A stretch of 64,000 nucleotides of DNA from an uncultured Chloroflexia bacterium (lineage in GTDB: Bacteria; Chloroflexota; Chloroflexia; QHBQ01; JADMIH01): NCBI GenBank assembly GCA_963797095.1, contig CAWCNY010000002.1, positions 544,001-608,000 on the forward strand, given 5' to 3'. The translations under genes and the position numbers were made by a program. This document shows, in pieces, positions 37,351-48,351 of this stretch (position 1 is its first letter; each line of letters begins with the position of its first letter). The notes under the pieces are model-generated. The model was given only the letters and a program-made list of their open reading frames with translations, was not told the origin of the DNA and ran no database searches.

Positions 37351-39459
37351 ATGCTCACAAGCAAATCAGTTGCCGCCGGGTGGCGGCCTCTCTCTGCCCC
37401 TGCCGACAAAGCCCAACCCACCACCGAATGGTGGCTCTCGATCCTGGAGCGCGCCCTCATTTCACGCGCTATGGACGACCTGGAAGTCACCAAAGAGTTC
37501 CGCCCCAACCCTGACAAGCCGCTCGAAGGCCGCCTGAAGTTCCAGTTCGGCGCGAAGGGTCACGAAATACCGCAGCTTATAGCTGCCTCACTTCTGGATC
37601 ACCGACACGATGGCGCGACCGTCTATTACCGCTCGCGTCCCCTGATGCTGGGCGTGGGGCTGTCGCCTTTCGAGGCGTTCGCCAGCAATATGCACAAGCT
37701 GGAGGGCGTGTCGGGCGGGCGCGATATCGGGGTGGTGTTCAACCACAAGCAGCCGGACGGAGTGACGGTGCTGCCCGCTTCGGGCGATGTTGGCGCGCAG
37801 TTCACTCCGGCCATTGGGTGGGCGCAGGGCGTGCAATATCGCGCCGAGAGCATGGGCGAGGATGAGTACCGGGGTGCGGTGGCTCTTGTCCACGCGGGCG
37901 ACGGCGCGACGGCCACCAACGGGTTCTGGAGCGCCCTCAATATAGCCGCCCAGCACGGCCTCCCCTATATTATGCTGATCGAGGACAACCAGTACGCGCT
38001 ATCGGTGCCGTGGCGCTACCAGACCGCCGCGCCCTCGGTGGTGGAAAACCTGGCTAACTTCAAGGGAGTGCACATTCAATCTATTGAAGGCGGCGATATA
38101 CCTGCCCTGTATGAAGCGATCCGAAGCGCGGTAGCAGGAGCGCGAGGTGGCGAAGGTCCGCAGATGGTACATGTGAAGGTGCCCCGGCTTACGGGCCACA
38201 ACTGGCAGGACCCGGCGGCCTACAAGAGCGCCGAGGAAAAAGCAGAAGATGCACGCCGCGATCCGCTGGCCCGGTTGATCGCCTGGCTGCAAGAGGAACG
38301 GGGCATATCTGCCGCTCAGATCGAGGAGATGCAGGAGCGCGCCACCACCTTCGCACGCGAGCAGGCCGACGCAGCCTGGACGGAGGGGCACGACCCGGAG
38401 GGATCGGACGCTCTAAATTACGTGTTTGCTCCGGCCCGTGCTATTCCGGAGATAGAGCCTGTGAAGGAGGGGCCACGCCTTACCATGCAGCAGGCGATCC
38501 TCAAGACCCTCGATGATGAGATGGCGCACGATCCCAAAATGCTGGTGTTCGGGGAGGATGTGGGCGCGTTCGGCGGTGTGCATCGCGTGACCGATGGTTT
38601 GCAGGCCAAGTACGGCGAGGACCGCTGCTTCGATACCAGTCTGAACGAAGAAGGGATCGTCGGCAGGTCGGTCGGGATGTCGGCGTGTGGGCTGCGGCCT
38701 GTGCCTGAAATCCAGTTCCGTAAATATGCCGACCCCGCGCACGAGCAGATCACCGACGCAGGGAGCATCAGGTGGCGCACGCATGGGCGCTTTGGAGGGC
38801 CAATTGTGCTGCGCATCCCGGTTGGCTACCAGCTTATGGGAGGCGACCCGTGGCATGCGGTGTGCGGCGAGGCGGTGTTCGCGCACCTTCCCGGCTGGCA
38901 GATCGCTTATCCATCGTCTGTGACAGATACGGTTGGTTTGCTCAGGACTGCTTTGCGCGGCGACAACCCGGTGATGTTCCTGGAGCACAGGTTGCTCTAT
39001 AGATACAGGGAGGCGAACGCGCCCTACCCTGGCCCCGACTATATGCTGCCATTCGGCAAGGCCGCCAAAGTGCGCGATGGCGATGATGCTTTGATAGTCA
39101 CCTGGGGCGACACGGTTTACCGCTCGATAGAGGCGGCGAACGCGGTTGCGCAGAGCACGGGAGCCGAGACTCGCATCCTCGATCTACGCACAGTGGTGCC
39201 GTGGGACAGAGAGGCGGTAATGAGTGCCGTGAAAGAGATAGGCAGAGTGATGGTAGTGCACGAAGACATGATGACATGTGGCTTTGGGGCCGAGATCGCC
39301 GCCCAGGTAGCCGATGAAGCCTTCGCTTATCTCGATGCGCCCGTCAAGCGCGTGGCCTGCGCGGATGTGCCCTCACCCACACATCACCACCTGTTCGATG
39401 CTGTGATGCCCACCGTCGAGAGGATTCAGAAAGCGTTGGAGGAATTGGTGAGGTTCTGA
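37351..39459 (+). CDS. 2-oxoacid (probably branched-chain) dehydrogenase E1, fused alpha/beta subunits
   Basis: GDGA...N TPP motif, FGEDV, PEIQF, FLEH, VHED. Confidence 0.9.
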   Translation: MLTSKSVAAGWRPLSAPADKAQPTTEWWLSILERALISRAMDDLEVTKEFRPNPDKPLEGRLKFQFGAKGHEIPQLIAASLLDHRHDGATVYYRSRPLMLGVGLSPFEAFASNMHKLEGVSGGRDIGVVFNHKQPDGVTVLPASGDVGAQFTPAIGWAQGVQYRAESMGEDEYRGAVALVHAGDGATATNGFWSALNIAAQHGLPYIMLIEDNQYALSVPWRYQTAAPSVVENLANFKGVHIQSIEGGDIPALYEAIRSAVAGARGGEGPQMVHVKVPRLTGHNWQDPAAYKSAEEKAEDARRDPLARLIAWLQEERGISAAQIEEMQERATTFAREQADAAWTEGHDPEGSDALNYVFAPARAIPEIEPVKEGPRLTMQQAILKTLDDEMAHDPKMLVFGEDVGAFGGVHRVTDGLQAKYGEDRCFDTSLNEEGIVGRSVGMSACGLRPVPEIQFRKYADPAHEQITDAGSIRWRTHGRFGGPIVLRIPVGYQLMGGDPWHAVCGEAVFAHLPGWQIAYPSSVTDTVGLLRTALRGDNPVMFLEHRLLYRYREANAPYPGPDYMLPFGKAAKVRDGDDALIVTWGDTVYRSIEAANAVAQSTGAETRILDLRTVVPWDREAVMSAVKEIGRVMVVHEDMMTCGFGAEIAAQVADEAFAYLDAPVKRVACADVPSPTHHHLFDAVMPTVERIQKALEELVRF

Positions 39460-39466
39460 GTCTAGT

Positions 39467-39877
39467 CTAGAGTGCTTGTAGATTGGCCCCTATCCAGCCC
39501 GCGAAGGCTTCCACTACATCGCTTTCGCGGTCATTTTGTGAGAGCACAGCAACAAGGCGTTTACCGAACTCTCCGGCTTGGCTCTTGACGAGATAGCCAT
39601 TCAGTTGCAGAAAGACAATACCGGCGGCGAAAGCGATCCTTTTATTGCCATCGACAAATGGGTGGGCCTGGGCGATGCCCAAAATCAGGAGCGCTGCCTG
39701 TTTGGAGAGGCTTGCCTGATCATAGTGCGCCGCCATCTGTGGGCGTATCATGGCACTCTCCAGCAGTTCTTCGCCTCTGTCTCTTAGTAGAGATTCCTGC
39801 CCGAAACGCTCCATTATCTCTTCGTACATGGCTAGCACGTCCAGTTTGCTCAAGTAACGTATCGTTGGCTCAGGCAT
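39467..39877 (-). CDS. doc: Death-on-curing (Fic/Doc) toxin
   Basis: HPFVDGNKR. Confidence 0.9.
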   Translation of the reverse strand: MPEPTIRYLSKLDVLAMYEEIMERFGQESLLRDRGEELLESAMIRPQMAAHYDQASLSKQAALLILGIAQAHPFVDGNKRIAFAAGIVFLQLNGYLVKSQAGEFGKRLVAVLSQNDRESDVVEAFAGWIGANLQAL

Positions 39878-39891
39878 AATTCTGGTCGCCC

Positions 39892-40107
39892 CTAGTTCTT
39901 CGCCAGGTAATCATAGTCTTCGGGGTAGAGCTCCATCGAACGCTCGAATGCCGCGCGTACCTCGGGATCCATTTGTACTTTGTAGGTGACCTTACGCACC
40001 TCCAGGGCCACAGCATCGCCCTCCTGAATGGATTGGCTTTCTATCACTTCGCGTGGGATCGTGACCACGTAGCTGTTGCCGACCTTACGCACTTTTTGTA
40101 TCTGCAT
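39892..40107 (-). CDS. AbrB/MazE-family antitoxin
   Basis: KVRKVGNSYVVTIP...EGD; C-terminal Y.YLAK; upstream of doc. Confidence 0.9.
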   Translation of the reverse strand: MQIQKVRKVGNSYVVTIPREVIESQSIQEGDAVALEVRKVTYKVQMDPEVRAAFERSMELYPEDYDYLAKN

Positions 40108-40125
40108 TGTTCCTCCGGAATGGTT

Positions 40126-40151
40126 GTATATACTTCACATACAGTATATAC
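40126..40151. promoter_or_regulatory. Probable TA operator: two GTATATAC palindromes
   Basis: GTATATAC-N10-GTATATAC upstream of the antitoxin. Confidence 0.55.
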
Positions 40152-40335
40152 GATACGCATCCTGTTTCGCAACGGACCCTGTCGTATGTTGTATAACTCA
40201 AAACCCATGTTCACGACAGTATGGTAGGAAGCCCCCATGCGGTTTGTCATCCTGAACAAAGTGAAGGATGACAACGCTCAACCTGGAAGGTCGTTCTTTC
40301 TCATCTATATGAACGATGCATCTATGGAACGCGAA

Positions 40336-40362
40336 GAGGGAGGCCCGCGACGGGCCTCCCTC
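40336..40362 (-). terminator. Hairpin terminator after SIMPL gene
   Basis: GAGGGAGGCCCG-CGA-CGGGCCTCCCTC. Confidence 0.65.
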
Positions 40363-40383
40363 ATGTTGTTTGCGTTTATCTGG

Positions 40384-41160
40384 TTACTTGCTTGCTGCTT
40401 CGTAGGTCACTACCAGGCTGGTGGTGATGGTCTGCTGGCCGGGGGCTATGGTGCTTCCACCGCCGCCCATGCCTTCCTTGGTGGCTACAGGGTAGTAGGG
40501 GGTGCTGGAGACCTCGCTTACGCTTACGATCTTGCCGAGTGTGAGGTTGGAGAGAGCGGCGATCTTATCGGCGCGGTCCTGGGCGTCCTTTATCGCGCCA
40601 TCATATGCCTGCTTGCTCGCGTCGTTGAAGCTGGATACTGTGTAATAGGTGCTGTAGATGGTATTCGCGCCCGCGCTCGTCAGCGCGTCGATCACAGCCG
40701 GGGCCTGCGAGGGGTCGCGGAAGGTGATGTCATAGAGGTAGGTGACGCGGAACCCAACGAGCGTGCCGGTCGAGACCTTGGAGTTGTTGTAATCCATCAC
40801 AGGCTCGACATTATACTGGGAGGTGGCGTAGTCCTTCTCGTCGATGCCCATCTCCTGCAGCTTCTGGATCATGGCGGTAGTCACGCTGTCGACCGACGCC
40901 TGGGCAGCCGCTACGGTGTCTTCCTGTGCCGACACGCCTATGGTTATCTTCAACACGTCGGGCTTGACGCTGATGCTGCCTGTGCCCACCACCGTAATCT
41001 GTTGCGGAGTGCCTGTGCTTCCCGATTGGTTCTCGCTCTGGGCAGATGCGGGTTGAGCACCGCGAGCCAGCATCCAGGCTCCGAAAAGGGAACCCAGAAC
41101 GAGCAGCACCGAAAGGGCCGCGCTTGCGATAATGATTGTCTTACTGTTACCCGCTTTCAC
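40384..41160 (-). CDS. SIMPL (DUF541) domain protein
   Basis: ITV.GTG...KPD...IGV; A..DA..RA..IA; I.PGQQ.IT. Confidence 0.9.
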   Translation of the reverse strand: MKAGNSKTIIIASAALSVLLVLGSLFGAWMLARGAQPASAQSENQSGSTGTPQQITVVGTGSISVKPDVLKITIGVSAQEDTVAAAQASVDSVTTAMIQKLQEMGIDEKDYATSQYNVEPVMDYNNSKVSTGTLVGFRVTYLYDITFRDPSQAPAVIDALTSAGANTIYSTYYTVSSFNDASKQAYDGAIKDAQDRADKIAALSNLTLGKIVSVSEVSSTPYYPVATKEGMGGGGSTIAPGQQTITTSLVVTYEAASK

Positions 41161-41303
41161 TTGATCTTCCTCCGTTCCTATGGTTGAATGTGATACGTCT
41201 TTGGGAATTGTTGCCGCCTCTATTTCTCAAACGCCGGGATATCCGGATAAGTTCCACAAGACGGTAATCGAAAATTAAGATAGCATGGACCTAAGGAGGG
41301 GGC

Positions 41304-42056
41304 ATGTCACAACAACCACAAGGCACGGCCAGATATGGGGTAGATGCGCCGGCTGTGATTCGCAACCTGGCGTTGGGTGGTGTGGCATGTATGGTGCTGG
41401 GAGGGGTTCTATTCCGTCTCTTATCAGATGGCCTGACCTGGCTCGGCACTATTCTTCTCATTTTTGGGCTGGCTACAGGCGTCAGCTATCTACTGACAGC
41501 GGGCCTTATGCTTCGGAGCAGCCTGTCAGGTAAGTCACATACCCTGGACCGGTTGGTCAACTCGCTCAACTTGCGCGGCGATGAAAACGTGCTCGATATG
41601 GGCTGTGGGCGGGGCATTCTCATGAACAAGGTCGCGAAGCACCTCCCCAGCGGCAAAGTGGTCGGCCTTGACCTGTGGCAGAAGGCGGACCAATCGGGTA
41701 ACAGCCCGGAAGCCACGCTTGCCAACGCACGAGCCGAGGGCGTGGCCGACCGCGTTGAGATAAGGACCGGCGACATGCGCCGGATGCCGTTTCCCGGCAA
41801 CACCTTCGATGTGGTCGTTTCCAGTCTTGCTATCCACAATATCGCCGACAAAGAGGGCAGGGAGCAGGCGGTGGGCGAGGTCGCCCTGGTGCTGAAACCG
41901 GGTGGGCGGGCGGCCTTGCTCGATTTCCAGAAGACGGAAGAATACGCTGCCACCCTTGAGGGGTTAGGCTGGCAGGATGTGACCCGTTCAGGGACCATAT
42001 ACAGCATGTTCCCGCCGGTACGTGTGGTTACGGGCACCAAGCCCCTGGACCGATAG
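41304..42056 (+). CDS. Class I SAM-dependent methyltransferase with N-terminal TM helices
   Basis: VLDMGCGRG, GDMR.MPF...FDVVVS. Confidence 0.9.
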   Translation: MSQQPQGTARYGVDAPAVIRNLALGGVACMVLGGVLFRLLSDGLTWLGTILLIFGLATGVSYLLTAGLMLRSSLSGKSHTLDRLVNSLNLRGDENVLDMGCGRGILMNKVAKHLPSGKVVGLDLWQKADQSGNSPEATLANARAEGVADRVEIRTGDMRRMPFPGNTFDVVVSSLAIHNIADKEGREQAVGEVALVLKPGGRAALLDFQKTEEYAATLEGLGWQDVTRSGTIYSMFPPVRVVTGTKPLDR

Positions 42057-42212
42057 CCCGGCACGCTTGACAATCCGTTTGACTGTCGCTTACAATCCCA
42101 TCAACAAACAGACTTAAGCGCCTCTGCTCAAGTGCCTATATTTCGTGCCACGTATTACGCCTTGAGCTATACGTTCTATACTTACGCTCCAATCTCGCAA
42201 TGGCGGGGGATC

Positions 42213-43853
42213 ATGCAGGGCAAGAGCCGCGCGGGCAACGCGCTCACCACTCGCACGCCAAAGCTGAAGCTGCTCATCGCAGCCCTGGTTCTCTTAGGAA
42301 ACCTGGGCCTCTGGTCGTCCCTTCAGGGAGCGGTCCCGGCGCACGCACAAACCCCCATTGATTTCCCTGAGACAGGCTTCACGGTCAGCGACCCCTTTCT
42401 GACCTACTGGCAGGAGCGTGGCGGCCTCTTTTCCTATGGCTACCCGATCAGCACGACCCTGAATGAAGATGGGTTGCTGGTGCAGTATTTCGAGCGCGCC
42501 CGCTTCGAGCTACACCCGGAGAACGAAGGCACTCCATACGAGGTACTCCTATCACCACTCGGTATCGAGCTTACGCAGGGGCGTGAATTCTCGTTCGGGC
42601 AACCTGCGGACGCGGGCGACGGTACCTATTTCCCTGAGACGAGCCACACGCTGCAAGGCAAGTTTCTCGATTACTGGGAGAGTTATGGGGGGCTTGCCCG
42701 CTTTGGCTACCCCATAAGCGAGGAGTTGGACGAGGTCAATAAGCAGGATGGCCGCACATACACGGTTCAGTACTTCGAGCGTGCCCGTATGGAATTGCAC
42801 CCAGAGAATGACTCTCCCTATGATGTGCTGCTGGGGCAGATCGGCAAGCAGATGCTTACCCTGCGCGATAAGGCTTCGGCGTTTGTTACCACGCAAGGCA
42901 GCAATCTTGTGTACGGGCGCGACCTGGCGACCCTCAAGCTCAAGGGGTTCAACTACTTCCCGCGCGACTTTGCCTGGAGAGATTTCGGGAGCTGGCCTGC
43001 GGAGCGCGTGGCGGCTGAGCTTGATGTAGCGAAGAGCCTGAGAGCAAATGCGCTGCGGGTGTTTATAAGGATGGACGCGTTTGGGGGGCCGGACGCCGGG
43101 TGGAGCGAGCAGGAGGGGTTCGAGCGCTTCGTGGAGATGGCAAAGGCGCGCGGCCTGTTCCTGGTAGTTAGCCTGTTTGATAGCTACAGGAAGTGGCCGG
43201 ATGATGGTTGGGACGATTGGCCCGCTTTCGGCACGCCGGAGGATGCGCAGGACAAAGCGTATTTGTCGGCGGTGGTGGGGAAGTGGAAGGATGAGCCGGA
43301 TATAGCGGCGTGGGACCTGTACAACGAGCCTGATTATGTGGGCGACAAGGAGTTCAGGTGGGACGAGCACAGGCTTAATCGCATGGGGTGGCTGGCGCGT
43401 ATGGCGAGCGAGGTACGCCGCCTGGACCACAACCACCTGCTCACCATCGGGGTGGCTCTGTCAGAGTCCAATTTCCTACCTGGGTTGGGCGGGACGACGG
43501 TGAACGACCTGGTCGATTTCGTGTCGGTGCATTATTACACGCGCAACTACCCCGGCACCAGCCTGTATAATGTGCTTCAGGCTACAAAGCAACTCACGAA
43601 CAAGCCGATTGTGGTGGAAGAGATAGGTCAGGCCACCCTTCCCGGCGGCGAGGATATGAGCGGGGATGAAGATGTCCAGGCGCGCTTCCTCGATGAGGCG
43701 TTGCAGGGCGCACGCGCGGCCAATGCTAGCGGCGTGCTTGTGTGGACGCTATACGATTTTCCCTCGCACGCCAACGGCTCGGAAGGGCATTATGGACTGG
43801 TGAGGGAAGATGATACGCTTAAGCCTGCTGCCGAGGTTTTTCGTCAGTTCTAA
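42213..43853 (+). CDS. Secreted GH5-type glycoside hydrolase with Chloroflexi-type repeats
   Basis: Two FPET...YFERAR repeats; WDLYNEP acid/base and VVEEIG nucleophile motifs. Confidence 0.8.
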   Translation: MQGKSRAGNALTTRTPKLKLLIAALVLLGNLGLWSSLQGAVPAHAQTPIDFPETGFTVSDPFLTYWQERGGLFSYGYPISTTLNEDGLLVQYFERARFELHPENEGTPYEVLLSPLGIELTQGREFSFGQPADAGDGTYFPETSHTLQGKFLDYWESYGGLARFGYPISEELDEVNKQDGRTYTVQYFERARMELHPENDSPYDVLLGQIGKQMLTLRDKASAFVTTQGSNLVYGRDLATLKLKGFNYFPRDFAWRDFGSWPAERVAAELDVAKSLRANALRVFIRMDAFGGPDAGWSEQEGFERFVEMAKARGLFLVVSLFDSYRKWPDDGWDDWPAFGTPEDAQDKAYLSAVVGKWKDEPDIAAWDLYNEPDYVGDKEFRWDEHRLNRMGWLARMASEVRRLDHNHLLTIGVALSESNFLPGLGGTTVNDLVDFVSVHYYTRNYPGTSLYNVLQATKQLTNKPIVVEEIGQATLPGGEDMSGDEDVQARFLDEALQGARAANASGVLVWTLYDFPSHANGSEGHYGLVREDDTLKPAAEVFRQF

Positions 43854-43902
43854 GGTACGCTTTCGACGCAAGCTTTAGCTTAGTCGTGAGAGTTGGGGTT
43901 GC

Positions 43903-44439
43903 TCAGGTGGTTGCTCGTGTTTGAGTGTCCTTCCGGTTATCATGGTGATTGAGCCATTCCTGTAGCTGCTCAAGGTGCTCGCGATGGTGGTCACATGAGC
44001 CTTCCAGGACGCCGGATAGCGGGTAATCGGGTCGCCAAGAGTATGCGCCTTCGGTCAACAGGTCGGACTCGGGCGTGGCTTCTGCAAGCTCGATGAATTT
44101 CTGGAAGCCCGACTGCCAGCTACTGTAAACGTCGTCCCAGGTGCGGTCGCGGTTGGCGTTGTATATTTCGGCGTTATTCTTGTCGAGGGTGCCCTCGGTG
44201 TCGGGGTCGATGCCACCCGACCAGTCGGGGTATTGCGGGTCGGTGTCGTTGCGCGCCGCCTCTAAGCGGGCAATCGACACCTGCTGCCACGCCCACAGGT
44301 GACTCACCTCGTCCTTGATCGACATGCCATCGTGGAAGTCGGGTTTGGTGACCAGGCTTTCAGGCAGACTTGAAAGCAACGCATCCCAGGCGTTGTATAC
44401 CTCGGTGAGAGCAGCGATAAGCTCGGTTTTGCTGTTCAT
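43903..44439 (-). CDS. ClbS/DfsB (DUF1706, DinB-like) four-helix-bundle protein
   Basis: SIKD..SHL.AW, N..IY..NR, DHHREH. Confidence 0.75.
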   Translation of the reverse strand: MNSKTELIAALTEVYNAWDALLSSLPESLVTKPDFHDGMSIKDEVSHLWAWQQVSIARLEAARNDTDPQYPDWSGGIDPDTEGTLDKNNAEIYNANRDRTWDDVYSSWQSGFQKFIELAEATPESDLLTEGAYSWRPDYPLSGVLEGSCDHHREHLEQLQEWLNHHDNRKDTQTRATT

Positions 44440-44547
44440 GGTGCTTCTCCTCAAATACGCAGCGAGTTATGTGGGGTATACACGGTAGTTCGCGGAAATA
44501 GAAAGGGCGAGCTTCAAACCCGTCCCTGCATCCAGATATGTTGGTCC

Positions 44548-47500
44548 TTAGACCTCTACCTCCATCATTCGCCGTAGCTCAACGATCTTATCGCGTATGG
44601 CTGCTGCCTTCTCGAACTCAAGGAGGCGAGCGGCGGCCTTCATCTGGCTTTCGAGGTCTTTGACCATCCTGCCGATCTCGTCTCTGTTGAGCACGATTTC
44701 GCCTGTAAACTCGACCGTGTATTCGGCCTTGGCCTCAGCTATCTGGCGCACTCGCTCGGTGATGTCGCGCACCTCTTTCTGGATAGAGGCGGGTTCGATG
44801 CCGTGCTCTTTGTTGTATGCGACCTGGATCTCGCGGCGGCGGTAGGTCTCCTCGATAGCGGCCTGCATCGAGCGGGTTACCACGTCGGCGTACATGATCA
44901 CGTGGCCTTCGACGTGGCGTGCTGCGCGCCCTATCTGCTGGATAAGAGAGTCGCGGGAGCGCAGGAAGCCCTCTTTGTCGGCGTCGAGGATGGCGACCAT
45001 AGACACTTCGGGGAGATCGAGGCCCTCGCGCAGGAGGTTGATGCCCACCACTACATCATAGATGCCGAGGCGCAGGTCACGCAGGATCTCGACGCGCTCT
45101 ATTACCTCGACCTCATGGTGGATGTAATGGGCTTTGATGCCCACCTCTCTGAGGTAGTCGGCGATCTGCTCGGCGAACTTGGTGCGCAGGGTAGTGACCA
45201 GGACGCGTTGGCCTTTGGCTATTCGCTCTTTGATCTGCTCCACAAGGTCGTCCACCTGGTTGACGGTCGGCTTCACCTCTATCGAGGGATCGACAAGCCC
45301 TGTGGGGCGGATGATAAGCTCCACTAACTGCTCTGAGTGTTCGTGCTCGTATGGGCCGGGGGTGGCGCTCACAAAGACGGCCTGATTGATGTGGCCCTCG
45401 AACTCGTTGAAGGTGAGGGGGCGGTTGTCGGCGGCAGACGGGAGGCGGAAGCCGTACTCGATGAGGGTTACTTTGCGCGAGCGGTCGCCGCCCGACATGC
45501 CGCGCACCTGTGGCAGGGTGATGTGGGACTCATCTACCATGAGGAGAGAGTCATTGGGGAAGTAGTCGAGGAGGGTCCAGGGTTGCTCACCGGGCTGGCG
45601 TCGGCCCAGGTGGCGTGAGTAGTTCTCCACGCCTGAGCAGTAACCTGTCTCCTGAAGCATTTCGAGGTCGTACTTGGTGCGCTGCTGAAGGCGTTGGGCC
45701 TCCACGATCTTACCCTCTGACTGTAGTTCGCCCACGCGCACGACCAACTCTTCTTCTATGTCCTGGATGGCGGCTGCCAACTTCTCTTCATTGGTGATGA
45801 AGTGCTTGGCCGGGTAGATATTGGCCTCGGTGCGCTCGATCAGCACCTCGCCGGTGAGGGGATCGAACTCAAGGATGCGCTCGATCTCATCGCCCCAGAA
45901 CTCGAAGCGCAGGCCCATCTCCTCGTAGGCGGGCACGACCTCAAGGGTATCGCCACGCACGCGGAAGGAGCCGCGGACGAGAGATTGATCGTTGCGGGAG
46001 TAGTGGATGTCGATCAGGTGGCGCAGGATGCGCTGCCTGCGGGTGCTTTCGCCCTTCTTGAGGGAGAGCACGGTCTTGCCGTACTCCTCAGGCGAGCCGA
46101 GGCCGAAGATGCAGGACACGGAGGCCACAATGATCACGTCGCGCCGCTCGAACAGCGAGCGGGTGGCTGCGTGGCGCAACTTATCGATCTCCTCGTTTAT
46201 GTCGGCGTCTTTTTCTATGTAGAGGTCGTGCTTGGGAACGTAGGCCTCGGGCTGATAGTAGTCATAATACGAAACGAAGTACTCAACAGCGTTGTTGGGG
46301 AAGAAGTCTTTGAACTCCTGGTAAAGCTGGGCGGCCAGTGTCTTGTTGTGGGCGAGGACCAGAGTGGGGCGCTGGGTCTGCTCTATGACAGACGCCATCA
46401 CGTAGGTATTGTGTACAAAGAATCCGCCTTGCCCTGCCAGAAATGTTTCAGCTCCAGGTACGCTAAAATCGTAAACATGGGGATGATGATATTCAATTTG
46501 CTCGACTGATGCTATTGGTGTCCAGCGCATCTCGCACAAAGTACGAAGAGATGACCAGATCTCCCACCACTGTTCGCCTATCTGGTCAGAACGTGCTTCT
46601 AGTTGTAATGTATTGAGAATAGCTAGTAGTGTAGAGCGTTGCGGCCTTCTTTTGTTGGTTTCAATTAGCTGCACAGTAGTTCGTACCACGCCTGAACGTT
46701 CACCCACCACCTTCGCGGGCAGGCAAAGTTGCAGGCGCAACCAGCGCAGGCGTGAGCCATCAATGGGTACAAGGTCCACATTTGAGTTTTGGTGGCTATG
46801 AAGGTGACCTTCCAACTTCGCCTGCTTATAATCAATTGAGAAGCCGATGCTTTCGTTGAAGCGTCGCAGATTAATTTGACCGGAGATAGTGACTTTGTAG
46901 TACCAATTCCCTGGATGGCTAGAGTTGGATGCTCGTTTCCAAGTCTTTGCGATGCGCGCCCAGATGCCGAAGCGTAACAGAGCATAAGCCAGGTCGGAAG
47001 CCAGTTGTCTGCTGGCAGTAATGGCTGTTAGAGAGTCTGCCCTGTCAACGGTTCCGTCACCGTCGAAATAAGCCTGAAGTAAATGACCAAGTGATTGGTT
47101 GCTCAATTGAGGCCAGAAGTCCGGCAGCTTCTTACTGCATGCATCTTTGCCGCAGAGATCGCCAAGTATTGTTGAAAGAGGCAATGATGAGACTTGATAA
47201 TCCGAGGAGGGCTGGACAGAGAAGGCTACGCCGAGTTGAACCAAGGCTTGTTCGACCCTGTCTCGCACTCCTTCATTTTGGTTGGCTATTATGAAGAAGC
47301 CAGATTTCGCCTGACAGTTGCCTTCGGCGATATAGTAGCCCACAAGGCGTAGTAACTCCGTAGAGAGCGTCAGTCTGCCGGGGAGAGCCTGGCGTGTTCG
47401 TTTGCCACCAACCTGGGCTGCTTCCGGCTTCCAGTATCCACCAAGGTTACCAGTGGCTTTGAGAACATCCTCAAATACCGAGACTTCTATGCCGCGGCCA

Positions 47501-48222
47501 TGTCCGCCATGCTGGATAGAATATAGCTTGTTGTAGCCAGAAATACCGTGTTTACTGATTGCCTGGATGAAAGTTTCGGCTCCATGCTCTCTGGTATATG
47601 ACGTTATAGCATCTTGAGCTTCCACGAAAAGTCGTCTACCAGAGAGGGCTGCTAAAGTATCAAAGGATGCTAAGTTACCTTCTGCCAAGAGCATCTCCGG
47701 TACGGGTATATAGTCGGTTTGCCGGGCGTCCCCGGTTTCAATGAGTTGCAGGCGACCCTCTCGAAGCACCCACAAGTTGTGATCCGCGGTAAGAGTAACG
47801 CTACGGCCACAAGCTGTGGTCAGGTTATACATCTTCTTGGTGGGTGTGTGGCGGGTAAAGGCTGAAATTTTGTAAAGCTCGACCACGCAAGTGGATGGGT
47901 TGAATGATTGTGTGTAATACTCAGCCGATAAGCTTTTAGTATCGAGTATGGTAGTGTGATTTTCGTGTCGTAGATGCGGCGCATGGCTCTCCATCAGCGT
48001 GTCGATGAGGGAACCTATCTCGGTGATACGAGGTGTTTCTTTGCCATCGCGCTTTTCGACCACAAACACGGGGTCGCTGTAGCCTAGGCTCTTGCCTGTG
48101 CCTGTAGCTCCCAGGAGGGTCTGCTTTCTCATTCCATCGTTGAGCCCATCGAGCAACCTGGCGATGGCCTGGGGCTGGTCGCCCATCGGTCTAAAATCGG
48201 ATACTATCTTGAAATCGGGCAT
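44548..48222 (-). CDS. uvrB: Excinuclease ABC subunit UvrB precursor with intein (mature 663 aa)
   Basis: [51 protein letters not shown]-terminal UVR domain. Confidence 0.97.
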   Translation of the reverse strand: MPDFKIVSDFRPMGDQPQAIARLLDGLNDGMRKQTLLGATGTGKSLGYSDPVFVVEKRDGKETPRITEIGSLIDTLMESHAPHLRHENHTTILDTKSLSAEYYTQSFNPSTCVVELYKISAFTRHTPTKKMYNLTTACGRSVTLTADHNLWVLREGRLQLIETGDARQTDYIPVPEMLLAEGNLASFDTLAALSGRRLFVEAQDAITSYTREHGAETFIQAISKHGISGYNKLYSIQHGGHGRGIEVSVFEDVLKATGNLGGYWKPEAAQVGGKRTRQALPGRLTLSTELLRLVGYYIAEGNCQAKSGFFIIANQNEGVRDRVEQALVQLGVAFSVQPSSDYQVSSLPLSTILGDLCGKDACSKKLPDFWPQLSNQSLGHLLQAYFDGDGTVDRADSLTAITASRQLASDLAYALLRFGIWARIAKTWKRASNSSHPGNWYYKVTISGQINLRRFNESIGFSIDYKQAKLEGHLHSHQNSNVDLVPIDGSRLRWLRLQLCLPAKVVGERSGVVRTTVQLIETNKRRPQRSTLLAILNTLQLEARSDQIGEQWWEIWSSLRTLCEMRWTPIASVEQIEYHHPHVYDFSVPGAETFLAGQGGFFVHNTYVMASVIEQTQRPTLVLAHNKTLAAQLYQEFKDFFPNNAVEYFVSYYDYYQPEAYVPKHDLYIEKDADINEEIDKLRHAATRSLFERRDVIIVASVSCIFGLGSPEEYGKTVLSLKKGESTRRQRILRHLIDIHYSRNDQSLVRGSFRVRGDTLEVVPAYEEMGLRFEFWGDEIERILEFDPLTGEVLIERTEANIYPAKHFITNEEKLAAAIQDIEEELVVRVGELQSEGKIVEAQRLQQRTKYDLEMLQETGYCSGVENYSRHLGRRQPGEQPWTLLDYFPNDSLLMVDESHITLPQVRGMSGGDRSRKVTLIEYGFRLPSAADNRPLTFNEFEGHINQAVFVSATPGPYEHEHSEQLVELIIRPTGLVDPSIEVKPTVNQVDDLVEQIKERIAKGQRVLVTTLRTKFAEQIADYLREVGIKAHYIHHEVEVIERVEILRDLRLGIYDVVVGINLLREGLDLPEVSMVAILDADKEGFLRSRDSLIQQIGRAARHVEGHVIMYADVVTRSMQAAIEETYRRREIQVAYNKEHGIEPASIQKEVRDITERVRQIAEAKAEYTVEFTGEIVLNRDEIGRMVKDLESQMKAAARLLEFEKAAAIRDKIVELRRMMEVEV
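46408..48090 (-). mobile_element. Intein (561 aa) with LAGLIDADG homing endonuclease and an XRE-like HTH
   Basis: Starts S after GTGK; TADH (TxxH); LVGYYIAEG and [10 protein letters not shown]; VYDFSV...FVHN followed by T. Confidence 0.95.
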
Positions 48223-48351
48223 GCTCTACTATCTCTCTTCTAAGTGTGGGAACTTAATTATCTATCCTTATATTATACCACCCCAACTGACATCTCGTGT
48301 CAGGATTGGGGTGGCGGTTCTATATTCGTATGAGCTTGAGGCTCCTAACTT

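Noticed and set aside
40237-41187. 316-aa plus-strand ORF and similar long antisense ORFs (e.g. 23502-24425, 42552-43436, 50494-51636)
   Set aside because: Shadows of well-supported genes on the opposite strand in GC-rich DNA
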